64,000 bases of DNA. Source: a virus. A model generated the notes under the pieces. The model was given only the letters and a program-made list of their open reading frames with translations, did no database searches and was not told the origin of the DNA. The stretch lies in the IMG/VR virus record IMGVR_UViG_3300007734_000758; one strand, given 5' to 3'. The first letter of the stretch is position 1. The number at the start of each line of letters is the position of its first letter. Of the stretch, positions 51,915 through 59,551 are shown piece by piece. Made by a program: the position numbers and the translations under genes.

Positions 51915-52325
51915 TTATTTCTGTTTGGGGATAACGAAATTTCTACGACCGCCCTTTACACGAATCGCTTCTAATTCATCTGCAGCATCTAATTCTGCTT
52001 CTATCATTCTAAATATAACACCGCTTTTTGGATCTAACAAATTCCTAAGGTTTTGATACATTTTATATGCAGCAGGCCCTTCTGTATTCGCGGCCGTTTT
52101 TGCAGCACGTACTAAACCTTCTAAACGATTAACAATTCCCATACGTAATGCAGAACGTGTCCACGTACCAAATCCAGAAACAATAATCTCCGGATCATCC
52201 GGATCAAAGTTCTTAGGATCTTTTAACATGCCAACGGCTTCTTTAAGTTCGTGCTGTTCTGCGGATTCAACAATCCGTTCAACATCCTTTTTAAAGGCCT
52301 CAATAATACGTTCGTTTCGATTCAT
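51915..52325 (-). CDS. Hypothetical protein
   Basis: 136 aa. Confidence 0.5.
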   Translation of the reverse strand: MNRNERIIEAFKKDVERIVESAEQHELKEAVGMLKDPKNFDPDDPEIIVSGFGTWTRSALRMGIVNRLEGLVRAAKTAANTEGPAAYKMYQNLRNLLDPKSGVIFRMIEAELDAADELEAIRVKGGRRNFVIPKQK

Positions 52326-52948
52326 TGGTATCGTTTTATTATCGTCTTTAATTTAGGTACATATTCAATATCTAAATTAACTAGTGTTTCTTTACTATAA
52401 GTATCTGCGGAACAATTTTCAAATGAAACATAATAAAGATTTTTAGGCGTCATATGTAAACAGTATATTATGCTCGTCTTTACAAAATCTGTTTCATAAA
52501 TATCTTTTAAAAGACCCGGAGCCTCATCTGCAGTGACAAATTTGTATTTGCCCTCCATAATCATGGTCTTTAACATAGAATAATACCTGGTATCTACTGG
52601 AATTTTATCATAGCGTTTTGCTATTTCTAAATCCTCTTCAATTGATTCTGTAATACCATAAATCAATTGTGCATAATAAGGTTCACCCGGTTTAGGTTCA
52701 CCTCCACTATTGGAACCTCGAAAGAGAAGTACACGTTCTACCTCTGTATCACGTATACTCTCTTTGAGGATATTGATAACTAGCTCGGTATCACCGAAAC
52801 TTTGTATATACTTGTTCCGAACTCGAAGTTCGCGTTTCTTATAAAAACGGTCTACGTATTCACGGCCAAATGCGCCTAATACTACAACGGTCACCGGTAT
52901 CACAACTGCTTCAACAATATTGGCATTCAACCAAGCTAGTATGTCCAT
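52322..52948 (-). CDS. TM plus GAF-like protein; possible T4 T-type holin
   Basis: N-terminal TM then ERVLLFRGSNSG; TM+GAF is the T4 holin architecture (inference). Confidence 0.4.
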   Translation of the reverse strand: MDILAWLNANIVEAVVIPVTVVVLGAFGREYVDRFYKKRELRVRNKYIQSFGDTELVINILKESIRDTEVERVLLFRGSNSGGEPKPGEPYYAQLIYGITESIEEDLEIAKRYDKIPVDTRYYSMLKTMIMEGKYKFVTADEAPGLLKDIYETDFVKTSIIYCLHMTPKNLYYVSFENCSADTYSKETLVNLDIEYVPKLKTIIKRYQ

Positions 52949-52963
52949 TCAAGTTCCTGCTAT

Positions 52964-53161
52964 TTACAATTCTTTTACTTCTGTAACAGATTGTTTACGA
53001 TATGCAGTAACCGATTTTTTTAATTCGCCCAATGATTTGCGTGCACGTGATGCAGCAGATTTGTTTCCTTTAGATTCGAAAGCTAAATGGTTCTCTTCGA
53101 ATGCGGTCCACGCGGCTTTCATTTCGTCGAATAACTCTTTTGTTGTTTTTACTTCTGACAT
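52964..53161 (-). CDS. Histone H1-like (Hc1-family) small protein
   Basis: KGNKSAASRARKSLGELKK...YRKQSV. Confidence 0.75.
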   Translation of the reverse strand: MSEVKTTKELFDEMKAAWTAFEENHLAFESKGNKSAASRARKSLGELKKSVTAYRKQSVTEVKEL

Positions 53162-53209
53162 AATAATCCTTTTTGATAAATATTAAAAAATTTAATTTAG
53201 TGTTTTGCT

Positions 53210-53470
53210 TTAAGATAGAAATATCTTTAAACGGAGAACACCCGACCCCTTTATTAGGCGATGCCATTCACCCTTTGGAATGAATATAGGTAAATCCATT
53301 GAAACTGGCAAATCGTTATCCAATTGAATTTTCCAATCCGTTTCGGCGAGGGAAACGATTTTACGATCTTCACGGTCTCGGTGCCACATAAGCTCAACCG
53401 GATCTACGGTATCATCGAATTCCCTGATGATGTACTCATCGGTTATTTCTATATCGTTGTATGGTTTCAT
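53210..53470 (-). CDS. Cupin-fold protein
   Basis: WHRDRE...IPKGEWHRLIKG. Confidence 0.7.
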   Translation of the reverse strand: MKPYNDIEITDEYIIREFDDTVDPVELMWHRDREDRKIVSLAETDWKIQLDNDLPVSMDLPIFIPKGEWHRLIKGSGVLRLKIFLS

Positions 53471-53771
53471 TGATTTCTTTACGTATAAGTTTACGTATAA
53501 TACTTTCAGCCTTAACTAAACCAATTTCATTCTTAATCTTGACATCTGCTTTGTATTTTCTAGCAACGTCTTTTAATTTGATTGCAACTGCAACTCCGCC
53601 GTCGCCATTCACATCGATAACCAACGTGTCCTTCTTTACACTCGGTTTAAATGTTATTTTGACTCCTTTAGACTCAGACTTAAATTTTGCAGTCTTCATG
53701 AAATCATCCAATGCCGTTTTTATTTCAGACATCTTATCTTCACTACTAATTAATACCCTTCTAAACGCCAT
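53436..53771 (-). CDS. Hypothetical protein
   Basis: 111 aa; C-terminal IIRKLIRKEINE. Confidence 0.5.
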   Translation of the reverse strand: MAFRRVLISSEDKMSEIKTALDDFMKTAKFKSESKGVKITFKPSVKKDTLVIDVNGDGGVAVAIKLKDVARKYKADVKIKNEIGLVKAESIIRKLIRKEINETIQRYRNNR

Positions 53772-53786
53772 TCTATTATCCTATAT

Positions 53787-54326
53787 TTAAATGTTTTTAA
53801 GAGCCGATGCAATATCTCCGGCTGCGATTTGTATGTCTTTACCCTTAAGTACTGCCTTTAGTGTACTAACACCACCCTCAAGACCCTCAGCATGTTTTAA
53901 GTGTTCTAACGCCTGCATACCTGCCTTATATCCTAATACAAGTAGCAGTAAAACAAAAATACCATTTGCGGTAATACGTTTCGTCTTGGGGTCGTTCGTA
54001 AATAATCCAATCCAGCCCTCAATCGATTTTTTCATCGATTCCTCGAACTTATGCGTATTGTGTTCGATCCATTTAGCACCAGCTTCGCCCCTGGGTATAT
54101 TGTATTTTTTAAATACTTTTCCTGCCCAACCACTTATAAGATTTAGTAGTGTGGTCGATGCTAAAATATAACTTAGTATCGATAGTGGGTCAACCGCTTC
54201 TTCAGTAGGAAAATCGATTTTTTCAGAAGCGTTTTCTAAATCACTGATAACATCTTCGAAATCATCTTTTAATGCTTCGATTTTGTTGTTTTCAATTTCA
54301 AATAATATGTCTCGTAATTTTTTCAT
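53787..54326 (-). CDS. Hypothetical virion protein with hydrophobic helices
   Basis: MKKLRDILFE start; two hydrophobic segments. Confidence 0.5.
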   Translation of the reverse strand: MKKLRDILFEIENNKIEALKDDFEDVISDLENASEKIDFPTEEAVDPLSILSYILASTTLLNLISGWAGKVFKKYNIPRGEAGAKWIEHNTHKFEESMKKSIEGWIGLFTNDPKTKRITANGIFVLLLLVLGYKAGMQALEHLKHAEGLEGGVSTLKAVLKGKDIQIAAGDIASALKNI

Positions 54327-54940
54327 TACCAATATCCCGGATAATTTTTACCAAATCCTAGCAGTTTACCATAACGAGTCAAACGACAGGCCCAATATCC
54401 GGCCTTAGTGCGATCTTTCTTTTTATCACACTGGTGTCGTGCTGCAAACGCTGCACGGGCTTTCGGGTCACTAATCTTTGCCTTAAGTCCGGTAGTGTCA
54501 CCAAAGGTTACCTTCTTTACATTACCAGAATCGGATTTTACATATACATAATACTTTTTTGGACCACCGCGTTTCGGTTTCCCTAACGGTACTTCTTTGC
54601 CCTGATATTCAGCTTCTACCATCGGAAAGTCTAACATTACTTCCTTTCCTTCGTACATGCCGAATTTTCCTAAATCTGTGGTTTCGAACAGTTCTTTGTC
54701 CATACCAGCAACATTTAGAATACCGGCTTCCCACAATTCACGACCTTCGCGAATTAGATGTGCATGTGCTGAACTTCCTGCACGGAAGTAATTATCGTAT
54801 AATGAAATTCCATTCTCAATATGAAATTTCATATTCTTGGATAATGAGTTGGATTCTTTAACTAGAGACGGGCCTACAATTGGTGTATTATTACAGCTAC
54901 ACTCTGATATGATATCGTGCGCAAATGGTAGTAACTTCAT
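54326..54940 (-). CDS. DUF6321-like phage protein
   Basis: KVTFGD...ARAAFAARHQC...AGYWAC. Confidence 0.6.
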   Translation of the reverse strand: MKLLPFAHDIISECSCNNTPIVGPSLVKESNSLSKNMKFHIENGISLYDNYFRAGSSAHAHLIREGRELWEAGILNVAGMDKELFETTDLGKFGMYEGKEVMLDFPMVEAEYQGKEVPLGKPKRGGPKKYYVYVKSDSGNVKKVTFGDTTGLKAKISDPKARAAFAARHQCDKKKDRTKAGYWACRLTRYGKLLGFGKNYPGYW

Positions 54941-54941
54941 A

Positions 54942-55292
54942 TTACATTCTAGTCTTATTCAGTTTAGCAATCCTGGCCTTTATATAAGCATTTTTGGCCT
55001 TTAAGGCGTCCAGTTCTTCTTTATCGGCTTTCTTCTTAGCTGCTATGGTGTCGACTTCATCTAATTCACCGCGCATTTCAGCCATTATCGCACGAACCTC
55101 ATTGCGAATCATTTCACGCACCTTTTCTGGGAGTTCTTTGTGCTTAGTCTGTGCTAATTTCTTTACTGATTTCGGGGTCATTTCCTTAGCGACTTTTGCC
55201 GCTTCTGGAGAGTACGATTTGGGAACATCTCCCTTCTGAATTCCACGTACAATACCGAAAAAACGTTGTTGTGCTGCTGACTGTGCTGGCAT
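54942..55292 (-). CDS. DUF3008-like protein
   Basis: MPAQSAAQQRFFG...AQTKHKELPEKV. Confidence 0.6.
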   Translation of the reverse strand: MPAQSAAQQRFFGIVRGIQKGDVPKSYSPEAAKVAKEMTPKSVKKLAQTKHKELPEKVREMIRNEVRAIMAEMRGELDEVDTIAAKKKADKEELDALKAKNAYIKARIAKLNKTRM

Positions 55293-55335
55293 ATATTTAT
55301 CTTTTTATATAAATATATACCCGATAAACTTTACA

Positions 55336-55758
55336 TTATAGAACGTAATGTATTAACACGAGTGCGCCGGCAGTAGTAAGAGTCACTGTAAATCCAATAC
55401 CATAAAAACGCTTCCAGTTGTTTGATTTACGTAAGTCGTTTTTAGTATTAGCGATTTCAATGTCTTTTAATGTGATTGTTTTCTCCAACATACTCGTACG
55501 TGATGCATATGTCTTATTCATCTCGGTAAGTATATCTATACTTTCGTTTTGAATAGATACGATTGATTGAAGATCGTATATGGTAGAATCCTGAATTTCC
55601 GAGATTTCTTTACACTCATCATATCGTACTAAATCCTGTGCAATCTGTCTCGCAATAGTAGGTTTAATACAAACTAACGAGTCACTCGTAACGGTTTGAG
55701 AAAAAGTCAACGAGTTCGTTATCAGGAATAAAATTAATAGAGTTAATAGTTTTTTCAT
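55336..55758 (-). CDS. Secreted coiled-coil protein, putative spanin subunit
   Basis: Signal peptide, Cys pair, coiled coil, C-terminal hydrophobic segment; overlaps the upstream gene. Confidence 0.45.
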   Translation of the reverse strand: MKKLLTLLILFLITNSLTFSQTVTSDSLVCIKPTIARQIAQDLVRYDECKEISEIQDSTIYDLQSIVSIQNESIDILTEMNKTYASRTSMLEKTITLKDIEIANTKNDLRKSNNWKRFYGIGFTVTLTTAGALVLIHYVL

Positions 55759-55999
55759 AACGCTTCTTTATTTTTGTTATTTCAATTTGTCTGTTATCCA
55801 CTACATTTTCTAGTGAATCAATTTGGTCGATACGAATCGATAATTCGCGTTTCAAAGAATCAATTCGTGTACTATCTTCATAAATAATAACGGTATTTTC
55901 ATACTGCGGGCACTTCTTAGTGCTTCTACCGATAAGACCGGCTGTGAAAAGTACTGCAATCGCGCCTGCGATTATTATTTGATTTTGGTATTTAAACAT
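55682..55999 (-). CDS. TM coiled-coil protein, putative spanin subunit
   Basis: MFKYQNQIIIAGAIAVLFTAGLIG followed by a coiled coil. Confidence 0.45.
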   Translation of the reverse strand: MFKYQNQIIIAGAIAVLFTAGLIGRSTKKCPQYENTVIIYEDSTRIDSLKRELSIRIDQIDSLENVVDNRQIEITKIKKRYEKTINSINFIPDNELVDFFSNRYE

Positions 56000-56000
56000 T

Positions 56001-56237
56001 TTAGTCATTTTTATTTGCATAATATTCACAGGCAACATTAAAGGCGACTGTGAGTAATTGTAATTGTTGTTGGATTATCATCGATAACATTGGTTCCGGA
56101 ATCTGATTTACGGGCAAATTACGTAACAGATTAATCATCGGTCGATAACCCTTACGTTCATAAATATATTCCGAAATTAAAAACTCCATTTCTTCTTGGG
56201 AAACGTTTGTTTTCGTTGCTATTTCTTGAATGTTCAT
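56001..56237 (-). CDS. Hypothetical protein
   Basis: 78 aa. Confidence 0.5.
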   Translation of the reverse strand: MNIQEIATKTNVSQEEMEFLISEYIYERKGYRPMINLLRNLPVNQIPEPMLSMIIQQQLQLLTVAFNVACEYYANKND

Positions 56238-56250
56238 ATTGATAGTAATG

Positions 56251-56278
56251 AAAAGAACCCGCTGGGGTGCGGGTTCTT
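56251..56278 (-). terminator. Intrinsic terminator-like hairpin
   Basis: 10-bp stem AAGAACCCGC/GCGGGTTCTT, 6-nt loop, short U-run. Confidence 0.65.
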
Positions 56279-56294
56279 GGAAGCGCTTAATGAA

Positions 56295-56573
56295 TTAAGC
56301 TAAATTGAACTGATAATCGCTCTTACGACGAGTAACCGCACGGCGCGCTTCTGAGAGAATAGTACTGTTTGTGCCACGCTCGCCATTTAATACACGCCAA
56401 ACGTATGAAGCAGAATAGCCAGTATTCTCTGCTACTTTCGCGTAATCACCACGCTTGTACTTGTTGTGGAACTCATTAATTCGAACCCAGTTGTTATAAC
56501 CAGGCACACCGGATACATACACCGGAAAATCATTACGATAATTTGTCGTAGATTTGCTTTTTGTTTTTTGCAT
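56295..56573 (-). CDS. Helix-turn-helix DNA-binding protein
   Basis: YAKVAENTGYSASYVWRVLNG. Confidence 0.75.
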   Translation of the reverse strand: MQKTKSKSTTNYRNDFPVYVSGVPGYNNWVRINEFHNKYKRGDYAKVAENTGYSASYVWRVLNGERGTNSTILSEARRAVTRRKSDYQFNLA

Positions 56574-56664
56574 AACACTTTTTGTTTAAAATTGATTAAC
56601 TAATAACTACTTAATATAAGTAAGCAGTATAATTTATACAAAGCCAAATCGAAAAAAGTTACAA

Positions 56665-56820
56665 TTAATTGTATACTTCTCGATGCTTCTGTTTTCTGGA
56701 ATATTTCGATTTATCTTTGAAGGCTTGAGTTGTTTTGTGTTCATGCCGTTCCGGCTTAAATTCGTTGAGAACCCGTTTTGCTTCACGTATACGTTTACGT
56801 ATTCTATTTTTCAGTTTCAT
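56665..56820 (-). CDS. Small basic protein with ArfA-like tail
   Basis: MKLKNRIRKR...FKDKSKYSRKQKHREVYN (51 aa). Confidence 0.5.
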   Translation of the reverse strand: MKLKNRIRKRIREAKRVLNEFKPERHEHKTTQAFKDKSKYSRKQKHREVYN

Positions 56821-56899
56821 CTTCAGGTAATCCTTTAACGTACCACCACATAACACCTAATATAATAGCACCAGCTACGATTATGAAATCTATAATCAT
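56804..56899 (-). CDS. Single-TM micropeptide (31 aa; not in track)
   Basis: MIIDFIIVAGAIILGVMWWYVKGLPEDETEK*; start overlaps the upstream stop. Confidence 0.5.
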   Translation of the reverse strand: MIIDFIIVAGAIILGVMWWYVKGLPEDETEK

Positions 56900-57117
56900 T
56901 GTAATTCCTCTTTTGATTTCCTTGCACGTTCCCACTCTTTCAATGTCATTATGTCATTCAAATCAGAAACATGAAATACGTGTCTTGAAAGGTGAACTTC
57001 TACGTTTTCGTTGTGTACGATCGTATTATTTAGTCGGCCGAAATATGTGTCACCATCTACGGTTTGTATTGCGACCATTTGCCCGAGCAATGCGTTGATT
57101 TCCTGTATCGTCTTCAT
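56896..57117 (-). CDS. Small Sm-like hypothetical protein
   Basis: LLGQMVAIQTVDGDTYFGRL. Confidence 0.5.
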   Translation of the reverse strand: MKTIQEINALLGQMVAIQTVDGDTYFGRLNNTIVHNENVEVHLSRHVFHVSDLNDIMTLKEWERARKSKEELQ

Positions 57118-57218
57118 GATCGCACATAAAATTTGGATTGATTGTTAACTGAATAACCTACAATAATAAATATAAAAGGTAATAAAAAAGGTAGGTTCTT
57201 TGACGGTTATTTTAAATA

Positions 57219-57560
57219 TTATTTTGAAGTTTTCTTCGTCTTCACATTTGCATTCTGCGCATCTATTAATTTATCGATGCGATGGTCGATATACGAGTTG
57301 AGATTGTCGACACGGTTATGTATATCATCGAAATCGCTAGAAACGCTTCGGTCAACGGTATCGATTCGTTCATGTACCTCAGCAATGGAAGATTCTAAAT
57401 CTGTACGTACTGCATCTAATTCAAACTCTTCTACTAATAAATCATGGCTATCAACTGTTTTTGAAATTTTCATAATCTTAAGCACACCCCAAACAATTGT
57501 ACTTAGCATTGCCAGGAAAATAATCGAGAGCACACCTAAAACAAAAAAGTAAATATTCAT
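57219..57560 (-). CDS. TM coiled-coil protein enclosed by a 16-bp inverted repeat
   Basis: N-terminal TM; SYIDHRIDKL. Confidence 0.6.
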   Translation of the reverse strand: MNIYFFVLGVLSIIFLAMLSTIVWGVLKIMKISKTVDSHDLLVEEFELDAVRTDLESSIAEVHERIDTVDRSVSSDFDDIHNRVDNLNSYIDHRIDKLIDAQNANVKTKKTSK

Positions 57561-57601
57561 ATATTTGTCTCCTATAAGTTTATGTCAAAGAACCTACCTA
57601 G

Positions 57602-57687
57602 TACCTCGGGCCGGAGTCGAGCCGGCACGGACATCAATGTCCACAGGATTTTAAGTCCGGCGTGTCTACCAATTCCACCACCGAGGC
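57602..57687 (-). tRNA. tRNA-Leu (anticodon UAA), CCA not encoded
   Basis: GCCTCGG/CCGAGGT acceptor, A73, GGAATTGGTAGAC D-loop, CT-TAA-AA loop, long variable arm. Atypical features: C at position 54 and one anticodon-stem mismatch. Confidence 0.85.
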
Positions 57688-57763
57688 ATTATACTAATAT
57701 AGCGAAAACAGTTGAAACTTACAACTATTTTACGGCCTCTTCAAAATAAAATAACCATATTTG

Positions 57764-57865
57764 TAGTCAGGACAGGATTCGAACCTGTAGTGTTTAGGCT
57801 AACATAATACTTCGCAGAGGCCCTTCATACGATATTATTGCGTCTTCCGTTTCCGCCACCTGACT
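57764..57865 (-). ncRNA. tRNA-like shell element 1 (51-nt cargo)
   Basis: AGTCAGGTGGCGGAAACGGAAGACGC-[57789-57839]-ACAGGTTCGAATCCTGTCCTGACTA. Confidence 0.8.
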
Positions 57866-57944
57866 ATATTAAGAACTTTTTTCTTTCTAACTAAGGAATC
57901 CGGTAACTTTTTTTACATGCCCTAGAATCCTTGATTGATCGTAC

Positions 57945-57996
57945 TATAACTTATTGAGAATCAATGCGTTATAACTTATTGAGAATCAATGGGTTA
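57945..57996. promoter_or_regulatory. Tandem 25-bp-period repeat with IHF-consensus sites
   Basis: TATAACTTATTGAGAATCAATG(C/G)GTTA twice; contains WATCAANNNNTTR. Confidence 0.6.
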
Positions 57997-58007
57997 ACTA
58001 CGCCTAT

Positions 58008-58086
58008 AGAACCCCGATAAGCCCTTATTCTGGACTACCGAATATCAAAACCCGCGGACTCTAAACGGCTTTGATATCGGGGTTCT
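58008..58086. repeat. Hairpin element B (same arms as 45677-45757)
   Basis: AGAACCCCGATA at 58008-58019 and TATCGGGGTTCT at 58075-58086; unrelated 55-nt interior. Confidence 0.8.
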
Positions 58087-58093
58087 TTGATAC

Positions 58094-58270
58094 CTACCGG
58101 TTTATGTTATGATATAGTGCCCAACCAAATCCTAAGGACCAAACCATACTCAGAAACACGGGAAGGAACTTCACTCCTTCAAATATAGTAACCAAGCCAA
58201 CCAGTACAATAACAGATCCTAAAATCCAACAAGCAATTGCAAAACGTATCAATGCCATTTCTTTATACAT
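58094..58270 (-). CDS. Two-TM small protein (58 aa; not in track)
   Basis: MYKEMALIRFAIACWILGSVIVLVGLVTIFEGVKFLPVFLSMVWSLGFGWALYHNINR*. Confidence 0.55.
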   Translation of the reverse strand: MYKEMALIRFAIACWILGSVIVLVGLVTIFEGVKFLPVFLSMVWSLGFGWALYHNINR

Positions 58271-58277
58271 TTACAGG

Positions 58278-58514
58278 TTAAAATCGAGAAGCAACTGTAC
58301 GGATAATATCCTCTTCAGATACAGTTAAGCGATCACGGCGGTTTAACCGGGCCAACACTTCGCCCCATTCCGTATCAACATTATCACGTGCAGGAAAAAC
58401 AAAACCCATAGCGGTCAGTAATTCGACCAACTCAGTTATCTCCTCCATGTCACATTCTCCTACGAATTCGGCCGGAGAAATTTCTAAATCAATGTCTGGA
58501 TAAAAACGTGCCAT
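58278..58514 (-). CDS. Hypothetical early protein
   Basis: 78 aa; host-type promoter at 58538-58569. Confidence 0.6.
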   Translation of the reverse strand: MARFYPDIDLEISPAEFVGECDMEEITELVELLTAMGFVFPARDNVDTEWGEVLARLNRRDRLTVSEEDIIRTVASRF

Positions 58515-58580
58515 AATATTATATCAATTGGTTTATTTAAAGATAAGTAAATAATTAGTGACTAACAAAGGCAAATGCAA

Positions 58581-58673
58581 CTAAATTCTAGTACTTAATA
58601 TATGTACTAATACCGTTAAGTAACAAACGACGATTACCGTACCGATAATGATATAGATCGTATTCCGTTTCAT
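58581..58673 (-). CDS. Single-TM micropeptide (30 aa)
   Basis: MKRNTIYIIIGTVIVVCYLTVLVHILSTRI*; start coupled to the upstream stop. Confidence 0.4.
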   Translation of the reverse strand: MKRNTIYIIIGTVIVVCYLTVLVHILSTRI

Positions 58674-58978
58674 ACTAAAATTATTTGATAAATTAATGTA
58701 TACACCGAATTCTCGGTATGAAATATGTATTTGTTCTGTTCCGGGAAATGTTCTATTTGAGTAATAACGGTAGTAAGCCATGTAAATTCAAATCGATGCG
58801 GGTCTACTATAATAGAGTGGCCTATAGAAGGAAGGGGATGTAAGTCCATTTCTCCACCGCTCTCATCCCACTCTACAAAGCCAATACGACCTGTATGAGA
58901 CAAGCCGTCCCGTTCTCTTGTCAGTGTTCCGTGCAACCGTTGTGTTACGGATATTTTAGGTTGTGTTCCTGGTATCAT
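58670..58978 (-). CDS. Hypothetical early protein
   Basis: WLTTVITQI...FHTENSVY pattern seen in small phage proteins. Confidence 0.6.
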   Translation of the reverse strand: MIPGTQPKISVTQRLHGTLTRERDGLSHTGRIGFVEWDESGGEMDLHPLPSIGHSIIVDPHRFEFTWLTTVITQIEHFPEQNKYIFHTENSVYTLIYQIILV

Positions 58979-58981
58979 GCT

Positions 58982-59167
58982 TTATATATGCCCCCTCTTT
59001 TTGCCATCCGGACTGCCTTCTACCGATGCATACCGCTCTATAAGGAACTTCTCCTTAGCAATATATCGAAACCCACGATAGCTTTCCATAAGGCGAAACG
59101 CAGCCGCAACCCGATCAAGGTTCTCATTAAGGTATTCATCGAATCGTATCTTAGCTTGTTTTGGCAT
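58982..59167 (-). CDS. Hypothetical early protein
   Basis: 61 aa; host-type promoter at 59191-59222. Confidence 0.55.
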   Translation of the reverse strand: MPKQAKIRFDEYLNENLDRVAAAFRLMESYRGFRYIAKEKFLIERYASVEGSPDGKKRGHI

Positions 59168-59261
59168 ATCTTTTATCTCTTTATTATACTTAAATCTAGG
59201 TATTAATCACACAATAAACAAATCGATTTGTAACTATTTTCATCTTTATTATACTGTTCTT

Positions 59262-59551
59262 TGGTGGTATTGGGTGGTATTGGTATTGGGTAGTGTTGGT
59301 ATTGGGTGGTATTATTCTAGAGTGGTATTGTACTTGGGTAGTATTGGGTAGTATTGGTATTAACAATATTGGGAGGTACCGGTTCTATAGAAGAAAGTTG
59401 ATGTTTCATATACAGACTCATATAGCCACCCTCCCAAGCCCTACCTGGGTATAGGTACCCTAAAAGGGGTATACTCCCCCTAAGGGGGTGTTTTGGGTAG
59501 TTTTGGGGTAGTATACGGGGGTATACGGGGGCATGTGCCTATATAGGTAGG
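59262..59551. repeat. Strand-asymmetric G/T-rich non-coding repeat with G-tracts
   Basis: About 10-12 GTATTG(G)-like units at 59262-59375; five G3-G5 runs at 59484-59531. Confidence 0.8.

Noticed and set aside
59318-59408. 30-codon ORF MKHQLSSIEPVPP... in the G/T-rich repeat (coordinates approximate)
   Set aside because: Short, runs into low-complexity repeat, and has no promoter support.
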